Positions 35,949 through 47,289 of a DNA stretch of 64,000 bases are shown here, in pieces; positions within the stretch are counted from its first letter, which is position 1; every line of letters begins with the position of its first letter. The DNA is taken from NCBI RefSeq assembly GCF_006345805.1, contig NC_043004.1:29636001-29700000 (forward strand). Reading direction: 5' to 3'. The position numbers were made by a program, and so were the translations under genes. The stretch comes from Octopus sinensis. Its lineage: Eukaryota. Under the pieces are notes generated by a model. That model saw only the letters and a program-made list of their open reading frames with translations, did not search any database and was not told the DNA's origin.

Positions 35949-37351
35949 TGTTGTGTCTTGCTTGACACTGATATGTCCCGCATTATAACGATGTACTTCG
36001 TCATCTGCGTCATCTGGCCTGAATGACGTACCTCGCAGACTGACACCACTTGTGTCTGTCCACAATTGATTTGTAGTGGAACAGCCCACTATTCTCACTC
36101 AGTGGGAGTCCTCCACAACACCTCTCCTTTTGAGATTTAAAAGAAAATTTTTTTCTTCACACTGCATTGTATTCCCTTTTTTTTTTTTCACACTGCATTG
36201 TATTCCCTTTTTTGTTTCTTCACACAGCATTATTATATGTATTATTTTTCATATTCCATATCTTTCTCTTCTTCTCCAGAATGCTCCAGGCAGTTCCGGC
36301 TCTACATTCTTTCCAGTAATGCTACAAACATATGAGCGACCTGACTGAAATCTTTCAACGGACTTGTATTATTATTTTTCTTTTGTTCTTCTTCACACTG
36401 CATTATTATTATATATATTTTTTTTCATGTTCCATTTCTTTTTCTTCCACACACAAAATGTTTTTCTCCAGAATGCCTCAGGTAATATTGGCTCTACATT
36501 CTTACCAGTAGCACTACAAACACATAGCAACCTAACTGAAATCCTTCAAATGGACTTATATTATTTCTTTTTGTGTCCCACTGTTGTGGAGTATGTGAAA
36601 TTAGATTCCTCATCACCATTTTTACAAAGTCAGAGGATTTTCAATATTTTCCACTGTGTGTAGTTCGAATCTTTCTTCAACAAGATTTTTAATATTTTCC
36701 ACTGTGGGTAGTTCAAATCCTTCTTCAACAGGATTTTTAATATTTTCCACTGTGTGTGTAGTTTGAATCTTTCTTCAACAAGATTTTTAATATTTTCCAC
36801 TGCGGGTAGTTCAAATCCTTCTTCAACAGGATTTTTAATATTTTCCACTGTGTGTAGTTCAAATCCTTCTTCAACAGGATTTTTAATATTTTCCACTGTG
36901 TGTATAGTTTGAATCTTTCTTCAACAAGATTTTTAATATTTTCCACTGCAGGTAGTTCAAATCCTTCTTCAACAGGATTTTTAATATTTTCCACTGTGGG
37001 TAGTTCAAATCCTTCTTCAACAGGATTTTTAATATTTTCCACTGCGGGTAGTTCAAATCCTTCTTCAACGGGATTTTTAATATTTTCCACTGCGGGTAGT
37101 TCAAATCCTCATTGCCACTGTTGTGTCTTCCATCATTAACAACATTGTATCACAAAAGTTTGTTAACTCACCTGCGTGAGCTTTGAATCCTCATTGCCAC
37201 TGGTGTCCCGCATTATAATGACGTACTTCATCATCTGCGTGACCGGTCTGAATGATGTACTTTGCCAACTGACACCAACGTTTGTGTCTGTCCACTATTT
37301 ATTTGTAGTGGAACAACCCACTCCTCTCACTCAGGGATATCCTCCACAACA
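35949..37351 (-). mobile_element. Complete non-coding LTR retroelement (TRIM-like, probably Gypsy/Mag-dependent)
   Basis: Direct repeats 35949-36120 and 37119-37351, each TGTTGTG...CACAACA. PBS tggcaatgaggat (37117-37105, minus). PPT aaaaggagagg (36131-36121, minus). Flanks atatc/atata. Confidence 0.85.
36631..37110. repeat. 48-bp minisatellite, 10 copies
   Basis: Unit caggatttttaatattttccactgcgggtagttcaaatccttcttcaa, with two interleaved variants. Confidence 0.95.
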
Positions 37352-37799
37352 ATATATAAATCTAGAAAATGGAACAAGAATGCAACAGACAGCAATAAAA
37401 CATGCGGACAGATAGATGATACAAATCAGACAGGAAAAACAATGAAAAGACAGATAGGAAAAAACAAGGATGGGTCATTCGCATCCTTCTTTCAAGTTTC
37501 CAGATCATCCTAACAGTTTCAGTCAGTTACACTTGAGACTGTTCAAATCTGGCTGGCTTCAAAAATGTAAGCTAAGAGCATTAAATTTTGGAGGAGAAAG
37601 TAAGTGAATGTGTTCGACAACAAAAACAAAAAAAAAATGGAGTGAACTGCTAAGTTACAGGGACATGAACACACCAACATCGATTGTCAAGTGATGGTTG
37701 AGGGACAGACACAGACACACACACATAAGCATATATACATACATACATACATATAATAATATATATACATACATACACATAATAATATAAATAATATAT

Positions 37800-38200
37800 A
37801 AATATATGGGTACAGGATGTTACCAACTGTAAACAACATAAAGTTCGAGTTAAATATGCAAACAACGAGAGAGAAAAATTTAAAACAGGACAAGTAACAC
37901 AAACAACGACCCTTCATCAGTTGTCAGCTGTCTATCTACTCCTCATTTCAAGCATTCAGCGACAATATGAGTCTTTGAAGACAGTTGCTCCCATAACTTT
38001 CAAAATAAATTTTCAGTTTTATGGAGGGTCAAAGTTGGGAACAAAAACAGAACAGTGGAGACATACAAGGAAACCGAATGAAAACAAACATGGAGGGTCG
38101 TTAGACCAGAACGAGGGGGAAAATAGTGAACACTGGAAGAAATATTTTCGTTGAAAAAAGAAACAATGGAAGAGAGGGATAGAAGATGTCCAGTCTTTAG
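37800..38200. repeat. Probable Penelope-type terminal repeat fragment
   Basis: Purine-rich repeat-like sequence next to a microsatellite, containing cttcatcag. Family assignment is by resemblance only. Confidence 0.3.
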
Positions 38201-38389
38201 AACATCGCGTAGGAAAAGAAAGATGGATGATGGTAATGTGTGAGCAATGAGAGAGAGAAAAGGAGAAAGAGGCAGAAAGAGAGGAGACAGATAGAAAATT
38301 TTTGTTTTTATTTTGTATTACCTATTTATTGTCTCTTTGTGTCAAAACTTTCAGTTAACTTATATTATCTTCAAAAATTACTGTGTGTC

Positions 38390-38718
38390 CATGAAGGTAT
38401 GTGGCTTAGTGGTTAGGGGTAATTGGCTCACAGTCGTAAGGTTGTGAGTTCAGTTTCTGGCAGCTTGTTGTGTCTCTTGATCAAGATACTTTGTTTCATG
38501 TTGCTTCAGTCCACTCAGCAGGCAAAAATGAGTTACACCTGTATTTCAACGGCTTGGTCTTGTCACATTCTGTGTCTCACTGAATCTCACTAAAAATTTA
38601 TGTTCGGTATGCATGTCTGTGGAGTGCTCAACCACTTGCACATTAATTTCACAAGCAGGCTGTTCCATTGAATGGATCAACTGGAACCATCATTTCCACA
38701 ATTGATGGAGTACCAGTT
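38390..38718 (+). mobile_element. tRNA-derived SINE
   Basis: gtggcttagtggttagg A-box and gagttcagtttc B-box-like sequence. Confidence 0.7.
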
Positions 38719-39342
38719 ACTGTGTGTCCTCTTCTTTTTGTTCTTTCCACTATTATGGACACTAGTTGTTTTAATTTTCTTGGTCGAAACAGAGTTGTCG
38801 TTTTCCTTTGAACTTCACATTTACGGAGCGTAACTGTATGCTTAAGTGTTGCTTTCCATCCATGTGGTCTTGGGTTCAGTCCCACTGTGCAGTATCTTGG
38901 GCAGGTGCTTTTTATAGTCCCAGGGCAATCAAAGCCATGTGAGTGGATTTGACAGATAGAAAATGAAAGAAACACATCATATATATGTGTGTGATAAGTG
39001 TTTGTGTGTACCTCTGTCTAGACATCACATGATGGGTTGAATAAGCATCATCATCATCATCATCATCATCATACAGACAATGTTGTTTGCTTCCAGTCTT
39101 TTGCAAAAAACATGTTTAGGCATGGAAAAATATTACCTTGCTTGGAAACAGGTAAGAGTGTTTGATAAGAAGGGCATCTAGCCATAGAAAATTTGCTCCA
39201 ACAAATTCTGACTCATGCAAACGTAGAAAAGTAGATGTCAAATGATTATATATATATATGTATATTGCAATACTAATAACCTTGTGTAGAACTCAATGTA
39301 CACAGTCTTCAGAACAAAGCATTGGACAAGTACAGAGTGGTA

Positions 39343-39534
39343 ATAAGAAAATAAGATGACAAAAGAATAAGCGAATATTTTTTGAGCATCATTAGCTTCT
39401 GCTATAAGATGCAGTGGACTCATAGGTGTTACTCAGGCACTCAACAATGAATCCACTGCATTTTATAGCAAAATCAGCTGTAAGCTAATGAAGCTCATAA
39501 GATAGTAATTTATTCTGTCATCTCATTTTCTTAT
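39343..39534. repeat. Long imperfect hairpin (~80-bp arms, 23-nt loop)
   Basis: 39343-39423 vs 39447-39534, e.g. tgctataagatgcagtggactcat / atgaatccactgcattttatagca. Confidence 0.8.
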
Positions 39535-39559
39535 ATATAAATATGTGTGTGTGTATGTG

Positions 39560-39600
<41 letters not shown>

Positions 39601-39602
<2 letters not shown>

Positions 39603-39792
39603 CATCATCATCATCATCATCGTTTAACGTCCGCTTTCCATGCTAGCATGGGTTGGACGGTTCAACTGGGGTCTGGGGAGCCCGAAGGCTGCACCAGGCC
39701 AGTCAGATCTGGCAGTGTTTCTACAGCTGGATGCCCTTCCTAACGCCAACCACTCCGAGAGTGTAGTGGGTGATTTTATGTGCCACCGACAC
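39601..39792 (-). mobile_element. Young RTE 3' tail
   Basis: (CAT)n cgtttaacgtccgctttccatgctagcatggg. Confidence 0.85.
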
Positions 39793-39799
39793 ATATATA

Positions 39800-39980
39800 T
39801 CAGGTTGGTGCAAAGGTAATGGCCAATTTTAAGGTCTCTATTAAAAATGAAAAAGCCCGTGATTAAGACGATATTTATTCGTTAACATTATTTCCATTGC
39901 TTTCTAGAACTTCATTCTGTCAACAAGCTTATAAATGCCATGCTTGTAAAATTGTTTAGGCTTTGATGCAAAATGTAAAT
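39800..39980 (-). mobile_element. mariner 3' end fragment
   Basis: TA followed by tcaggttggtgcaaa TIR-like end. Minus strand resembles a mariner transposase C-terminus (FASKPKQFYKHGIYKL...VLESNG). Confidence 0.6.
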
Positions 39981-39989
39981 CTAACCTTT

Positions 39990-40950
39990 AGCAAAAAAAA
40001 AAGAGAATACAAATATTATAATTACTCATTGTTTTTTGCATCGCAAAGCACTAATTGCTCCAACTGTTGGAGATGATTTATGAAGAGTTATAAACAAAGT
40101 GGTTCAAATGGTCAATTACATCAAACGTAGACCTCTCATTCAAGATTATTTGCTCATATTTGTGCAGAAATGGGAGCAAATTTCAAGAAACTTCTACTAC
40201 TAGCAGAAGTTTGTTGGCTTTCAAAATGTCATGTGCTTTGTCATTTATACGAATTGAGAGAAATGATGCTTAAACCTATTTCTTTACTACCCACAAGGGG
40301 CTAAACACAGAGGACAAACAAGGACAGACAAACGGATTAAGTCGATTATATCGACCCAGTATGTAACTGGTACTTATTTAATCAACCCTGAAAGGGTGAA
40401 AGGCAAAGTCGACCTCGGCAGAATTTGAACTCAGAATGTAGCGGCAGATGAAATCCTGCTAAGCATTTCGCCTGGCATGCTAACATATCTGCCAGCTCGC
40501 TGCTTAAACCTTTTGAAGAAAATCAACAGAATGAATTCCATGATCTGATTCAAGACAAACTTTGGTGTACCAAATCAGCATATCTTTCGGATGTATTTGA
40601 ATATTTGAATAAAGTTAACACAGGTATGCAGGGAAAAGCAGAAAATATCTTAACATCAGTTGATAAAATTTGTGCTATGAGAGACAAGATAACAATTTGG
40701 AAACACAAAGTAAAAGAAGAAAATTTTGAAATGTTTTCCAAAACTTGTGAGTGTGAGCTAAAATGTGAGATCGGCTCATTACTTGTTCACCATTTAACAT
40801 TGCTTAGAGAAAAACTTTATTATTATTTTCTAAATATTGAAATCCAAAACTACGATTGGATCAGAAATCCAATTTCTTGCAACTGCAACAATTAATTTTT
40901 CACTTACAGAAGAAGAACTAGCCAAAATCAAGAATGATCGGTGTCTGATT
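39990..40950 (+). pseudogene. hAT (Buster/ZBED5-SCAND3-like) transposase remnant
   Basis: THCFLHRKAL...VVQMVNYIK.RPL...LLLLAEVCWLSK...; AYLSDVFEYLNKVNTGMQG...DWIRNP. Stops, frameshifts and a SINE insertion. Confidence 0.85.
40278..40500 (-). mobile_element. tRNA-derived SINE with 11-bp TSD
   Basis: Flanked by tgcttaaacct at 40267-40277 and 40501-40511. Confidence 0.9.
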
Positions 40951-41536
40951 GATGACTTTTGATTAAATACTGTAGCAAATTGAAATGACTTCCCTCTACA
41001 TAACTAGATCTTCGGGACGGTCATTGTTTGAATGTTTATGACCATATCTGCTTAGCCAAGAATGATTCAGCACTAAACAACAGCCTGGATTTTATCAATT
41101 TTGTCCCACATGTCACTTCTGTTTTTTAGCAAACTGCTGTTTGGGCAATATTAATAAACACCACCAACAACAAGGTGTAACATATGTCAAAAAACACAAA
41201 AAAATTATTGGTGTTTTGCAATATTTTAGCATATTTAAGCCATGTTCATATATTGTTTATGATGTAAACGTTGTCTTAGAACAGATGTTTTAAGGAACCA
41301 ACAAAAATGTTGTAATTGGTTGGCATGTATATATTTTCTATTTTTGCTTCCTGATTACACATCAGTTTCTTTCATTCTGATTTGTTTGTATATTTCATAT
41401 ACAATTCTGGTTTCCAATTTGTATATTGTCTTGTCTTACATTAGTTGACTGTATTGTATGTGGTAACTTTGGTGTATTACTACAGCCACCTTTGATCAGT
41501 TCTTTGACACAACTCTACAAAAAACTAGCACACATG

Positions 41537-41582
<46 letters not shown>

Positions 41583-41585
41583 GTC

Positions 41586-41639
<54 letters not shown>

Positions 41640-41640
<1 letters not shown>

Positions 41641-42250
41641 TAGGTCGTCAAGTATGAAATTTGTAAAAAAGAAAAAAAGGTTGCTAATGTTTTATAAATA
41701 CAAGGAATAATTTTATTCATCAAAGTATGCACCCATATTGTCAATACACTTTTGCCATTTTAAAGGTAGCTTGTCCAGCCCGGAACTGTAAAAGCCCAGC
41801 AATCTAGAGTCAATAAAATATTGGAAGGCCTGTTTTACAGCATCGTCAGAATTAAATCTTTTCCTATCAAAGAGTTATCAAAATTCTGGAAGAAGTGGCA
41901 GTCAGTGGGGACAAGATCAGGTGAGTATGGTGGATGATGGAGAACTTCCAACTCCAACTCCTGTAGTTTTGCCAATGTCATTTTTGTGATGTGTGGTCTG
42001 GCATTCATAGAGAACTCCAATCTGGTTGTAAAGTTCTTTCTTTCCATGCTGGTTTGAAAAGTTATTGATCCCATCTTAGTGAGAGATCAACTCCAAGGTT
42101 GCCTGTTCCAGAAGAAATTTTGTTCAATAGTTTGGTTGAATTCCCTATCATTGCCAGTAACATGTGTATTGTCTGGGTCAATAACACTTCACAGCTTTAC
42201 AATTACTGATTTATATAAAACCTTAGAAATTCAGATTATAAATTTGATTC
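41640..42250 (-). mobile_element. mariner transposon remnant
   Basis: NARPH...LEVLHHPPYSPDLVPTDCHFF. TIR-like ttaggtcgtcaagtatgaaa next to (CTAT)n. Confidence 0.85.
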
Positions 42251-42779
42251 TAGTTATATGAACAAAACAAGACAACTAGAAACAAAAATGTACTTTATTT
42301 GAGAATACATCTGTTCCCATACTGTTTCGAATGATTTATTTCCTTTACCAGATAAGCTTTGTGGGGAGAGCGTGAAAGTGTGTGGGCTGTCCTATATTAT
42401 TCTTTCTCTATTTCTGCTCTAATTCAGCTGTGTGTTGTAGTAGTACATTCAGTGATAATTCATTATACAATTCAGTCTTCTAGCATGTGAAATATACCAT
42501 GCAATTAGAGTTTCAATAGTTGTTATGTGATAGTCCAAATGATTTCAACAGTTTCTCCGCGACAAGAATATATTTACAAAATGCTTGATGTAAATTTATG
42601 CTAAAAATGTTGGAAATTTTTGACTTGACGAAACAGAAATGTTTACCAAGTCCAAAATTTAAAATAGAAAGGATCACATTTTGAAATTTAAATTAAAATC
42701 AAAGTTCTGTAATATATTGAAACTTTATTGAGTTGAATTGAAAATTAAAAATGTTAATATGTAATTACAATCACCCACC

Positions 42780-42935
42780 TGTCTTTATGTTCTGAGTTCA
42801 AATTCTGTTGAGGTTGACTTTGCCTTTCATCCTTTTGGGGTTGATAAAATAAATGCCAACTGAGCACTGGAGTCAATATAATCGATTTACCACCACCCTC
42901 GAAATTGCTGGCATTGTGCCCAAATTTGAAATCAG
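42780..42935 (+). mobile_element. SINE (third family)
   Basis: gagttcaaattc...gcctttcatccttttggggttgataaaat. Confidence 0.75.
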
Positions 42936-43230
42936 TATGTTATATTGATGTCTCCTCCTTTGACTTGTACTTAAGAGATAAAATGTCATCAAAATTTTAT
43001 TAATTTGAAAGTTCAAACCAAAAGAACAAAAAATAATGTTAAAATGAATGATTTTAAAAGTAGTTTCAGACTCTCTTCCTGGTTATGATTGAAACAAATT
43101 TGTAACTTTATTTACAAAATTTGATTTTTACAAAAAGGGAGCCTACAAGGATTATGGATTTCTACAAGGATTATGGACCTTCTATCACTGAATTTAAGTG
43201 TGGGTGTGTGTGAGTGAGTGCCATTGCTTA

Positions 43231-44318
43231 TGTGGGTCAACTGAAAAGCTCATAGACTTACCAAGATACCCACATGGAATGTGACCTTATGAGGTTTATT
43301 TCTCAATGTAGTTTCCCTTGTGACTCATACACTTTTTCCATTGGTGTTGCAGTGCTTTGATACTATTGGTGAAGAATTTTTATTTTATCCTGTTAGTCAT
43401 AAAAGTCATCAGCAGTAGATCATCATCATTTCTGCATTACTGATTCTCAGCCAAGTGTTTATTCATGTTGGGGAACAGATGATATTCAGATGGGGCCATA
43501 TGAGAAGAATAGGGTGGATGATCAACCAATTCAAAGCCACAGTCATGCACAGCAGCCATTGAAACTAGGGAGTTGTGTGCTAGAGTATTATGCAAATAAA
43601 ACAAGACCCTTTTCATCAGTTTTCCTGGGTGCTTTGTCTTGATAGCCTTTCATAGCTACCTCAGCAAGTTGGCATTGATTTCATGACCCTTTTGAAGATA
43701 GCCAATAAGCACAATACCTTTTGCAACCTAAAAAACTGAGGCCATCACCTTCCTTGTAGATGAAAGGGAACCAGCTTGATCTGCCTGAAAGAATGTCAGA
43801 TTTTTCCATATGATCAGCCTGGTGTGCTTTTGACAAGGTCTCAGATGTGGCACTCACCAAGCAGAAACCTTCATCATGTCAAGTAAGTCACCTGTCATCC
43901 ATTATCATGTAGTGAACATGATCAATGTTTTCCTCAGTGGTGGCAGTTGCAGGACATCCAGAACTTGGGTCATCTTTAAAACTCTCCCTTCCCCTCCTAT
44001 ATTCAGCTGCCCACTTTTGCACTGTTGATAAAGCTGGCGCATCACCCCCTAATGTAACAACCATGTCAACATGAATATCCTTGGAGCCTAAACCTTTTTC
44101 TGCAGGTACTTGATAACACCATAACGTCAAATTTTGTTGATTTTCAAGAGAAGTCACCAGTTACTTTTGAAGTCTTATTTGAACAGTTAGTTGTCAGTTT
44201 AGCTGGAAAGAAACAGTATAGTTATTAATAAGAAGGGTTGAAATTAATGCATGTGAGATTTCACAGCTCTGATGTCACTCCTTCATAGTCAGTCTATGAA
44301 CTTTTCAGCCCATTCTTG
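43231..44318 (-). mobile_element. Decayed mariner element with both TIRs
   Basis: TA-flanked ends ...ctgaaaagctcatagact / agtctatgaacttttcag.... HTH region KDIHVDMVVTLGGDAPALSTVQKWAAEYRRGRESFKDDPSSGCP. Confidence 0.85.
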
Positions 44319-44914
44319 TATTGTATCATTGAAAGACTGTTTAGAGATTTGATCGTCATGTTGAAGATCTAAGACAAGTATTCCTGACACATTCAACAGT
44401 GAGTTCTACCATCTTGTTTACAGTTAAGTAAACTGAAGTATTGGGAATAAAGCAACACAAAGATAGCTTTGATTATTTTCAATGTTGCCAACATTCTGAA
44501 ATAACCACAATAAAGTTAAATGTGGTGATTAGGCAAAAATATTAAGGTTAAATAATACTGTTTTCTGACTGAGCAAGAAACAGAGACAAACTCCAAATGT
44601 TTCTGACAAATTAAGTTTTACACATAGATTGAGGGTAAAGTATCTTATATATAGACACACTGCAAAACTAATAAAGGTTAGACTCTTCAATAAGCAATAT
44701 TGCCTGATTAGATGTAGTCACATGTCTTCCATTTCCATAGCAATACAAAGTAAACTTTGCTAAAAGATATCTGTGAAAAATGATTAAGCATCACTAAAAC
44801 TTTATATCTTTCTAATTACCATGCTGTTAAAAAAATACCAGAATTACTTGAAAAACATTAATGTTTATTTATTTTACAGGTTTGAGTGTGTGAAAGTGTA
44901 TCCATTGCAACATT

Positions 44915-45149
44915 ATGGAGTCTTCACAAAAACATTGGGTTCAAGAACTATTTCCCCCTGCATTCCAGTATTCTGAAGATGATTTCAGTCTAATATGTAA
45001 CCCAAAGTACACATCAAGAATCTCTAGCAAAAGCCCAGGAATTACTCCAAATGAAATTAAAGACATCTATCAGAAAGTAGCTGAAATAAATCTTGCAAAG
45101 AAAATAGCTGAAGAGAAAAAAGCAGCTGACATTAAGCAACGAGAAAATG
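44915..45149 (+). CDS. Probable first coding exon of an unidentified host gene (exon 44880-45149)
   Basis: Acceptor tttatttattttacag|G (44879/44880), upstream in-frame TGA at 44891, attATGG Kozak context, 78 non-repetitive codons (MESSQKHWVQELFPPAFQYSEDDF...KKAADIKQREN), donor G|gtaact at 45149/45150. Confidence 0.65.
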
Positions 45150-45771
45150 GTAACTTTGCTTTCATATTTTACTTTGTCAGGTATTGTGTGTGTGTGTGTG
45201 TGTGTAAATAGATAAATAGATATGCAACCCCTAAACAAGTATAACCCTTAAACCAGAATTAGATTCTTAATGAAGGGCCATTACACAATATTGATGTATG
45301 GAATAATATATACAACAAAACTACCATAAACTAAGAAATCAAGATCTCTTTAAACAAATTTAACCTTAAATTACTAGAATTACAATAACTAGAATTTCAA
45401 TGAAGGACCGTTTAGAACCACGATACAAAAGGTTCACTGACAATGATGCATACACAAAAAAAGAAAAAAAGAAATTAAGAAGATCCCTAAGAGCAAGCAC
45501 ATGAAACATACATTCCATCTTCAGCTACTGAACAGATATCATTATAGTTTCAACACAATAAATATCTTAGATATAATAAAATGCAATGTGTGTCCCATTG
45601 GTCACACTGATACAGGGAAACTAAAACAACAAATAGAGTGAGAGCGAATTGCAGTCAGAGATGCTAAATGCAGGCAAACTGCAGTAAAAGGTTTTGTACT
45701 GATGATGCTAGCATTCTAATCAAAATAAACTGCAAATTTTTATCAAATTATATTTATCACTTATATACACA

Positions 45772-46186
45772 GGCACAGGAGTGGCTGTGTGGTAAGTAGC
45801 TTGCTTACTAACCACATGGTTCCAGGTTCAGTCCTACTGCGTGGCACCTTGGGCAAGTGTCTTCTACAATAGCTTTGGGCTGACCAAAGTCTTGTGAGTG
45901 GATTTAATTGATAGAAACTGAAAGAAGCCTGTCGTATATATATGTGTGTGTGTGTATTTGTGTGTATAATATGTATTTGTGTGTCTGTGTTTGTCCCTCG
46001 ACCATTGCTTGACAACTGATGTTGGTGTGTTTACTTCCTCATAACTTAGCGGTTCAGCAAAACAGACTGATAGAATAAGTACTAGGCTCACAAAGAAGAA
46101 GTCCTGGGGTTGATTTGTTCAAATAAAGGTGTTGCTCCAGCATGGCTGCAGTCAAATGACTGAAACAAATAAAGGACTAAAAGAAT
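45772..46186 (+). mobile_element. tRNA-derived SINE, full length (dominant family)
   Basis: ggcacaggagtggctgtgtggtaag...ggttcagtcc...cttgggcaagtgtc...(TG)n...gactgaaacaa. Confidence 0.88.
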
Positions 46187-46462
46187 ATGAAATTAAATAT
46201 TAAACTTTTCATTTCAAAACATTATCATTCATGTAACATTTATATAGATATAGGCACAGGTGTAGCTGTGTGGTAAGAAGCTTTATTGAAATAATGAAAA
46301 GATATTAGCTTCTCATCGATGCAAATGGGTATATTAATTACTTTGTTCTGATGATATCTGAAAAGAAACAGCAGTTTTAGCAAAACATTAAGCAACACTA
46401 ATAATAAATCAAAAAACATAAAAATAAACATGCTTTTGACAGTTTTATAGATATTTCAAAAG

Positions 46463-46680
46463 TATGATGCTATGATGCTAGGTGTTTCCATTATTTTGTC
46501 CAACCCCTGTATATTGTTGTATTTCGGGATGGTAATTTTTCTTTTTTTTAACCAAATAAACACACACCCTTTATATTCGTTCTTCACTCGTTTATTACTG
46601 TTCTTATTTTAACTCATGTCCATTGTCCGGAAATCTTTCATCACAGATCTGTAACCTCTTCAGTGACACTTTCCGTCTTC
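46463..46680. repeat. Chimeric segment (Tc1/mariner TIR end plus pseudo-LTR with hammerhead-like motif), duplicated at 47782-47997
   Basis: Near-identical direct copy 1.3 kb downstream. Contains ccattattttgtccaacccctg-TA. Minus-strand tgtca CTGAAGA g gttac agatct gtgat GAAA gatt TC cggaca at 46624-46668. Confidence 0.8.
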
Positions 46681-47289
46681 GTCTATGCTCTTCCTCCACT
46701 TACTCCATTCTGCATTTCTATGATGTGTATCCTTAAGTGCGCATGCATTTGCATCCGTGTTTGTGTGTGTATGTGTGTGTGTCCTTGTTCTTGGCAGCAG
46801 TATGGCTTTCCTCTCAGCCTCATCCTCTCACCCCATTGTGCTGCTGCTGTCCTAGGACCTGAAAATTTGCTACACTTCCTGTATCTCTGTGTTCATCCAT
46901 GGTATTGTCATCATGGTAGTTGTTGTTGTTATAGCCATCGGTGTCACGTCGCTGCTGTTGTCATTGTTAGTCATGTTGTTGATATTATTGCAGCCATCTG
47001 TGAAGTTATTTTGTGTGTGTGTTTGTGTGTATGTATATGAATTCGCTTCTTATGTTGTTTGTATTCATACCCTTTATATTTATTTATTTATTATATATCT
47101 CTATTTCTTATATTTGTCATAGGAATGTAACAAATATATTTATTTATTTTTATATATTTATCGATCTCTATTTCTAATATAATGTATAACAGGTATTTTC
47201 ATATATATCTATTGTGTGTGTATTACCCTGTTTGTATCTATGTTTTATTTATTATCTTCTTTACCTCTCACTTCTCCTCCCTTCTGTCT

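Noticed and set aside
36630-37139. Repeat-protein ORFs (ENIKNPVEEGFELPAV) or a CRISPR-like array
   Set aside because: Head-to-tail tandem units with no unique spacers, frameshifting indels, and location inside an LTR element in eukaryotic DNA.
37495-37555. Minus-strand TTGAACA gtc...gac t GAAA hammerhead-like layout
   Set aside because: Positions 3 and 8 are unpaired and stems I and III are poor; too degenerate to call.
37905-37960. CTGATGA on the minus strand with an upstream GAAA (type II hammerhead?)
   Set aside because: Could not build convincing stems I and III.
39990-40950. Domesticated ZBED/SCAND3-like host gene
   Set aside because: In-frame stops, frameshifts and a SINE insertion show it is a dead transposase.
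45772-45850. tRNA genes at SINE heads
   Set aside because: A/B-box-like heads continue into SINE bodies and do not form complete cloverleaves.
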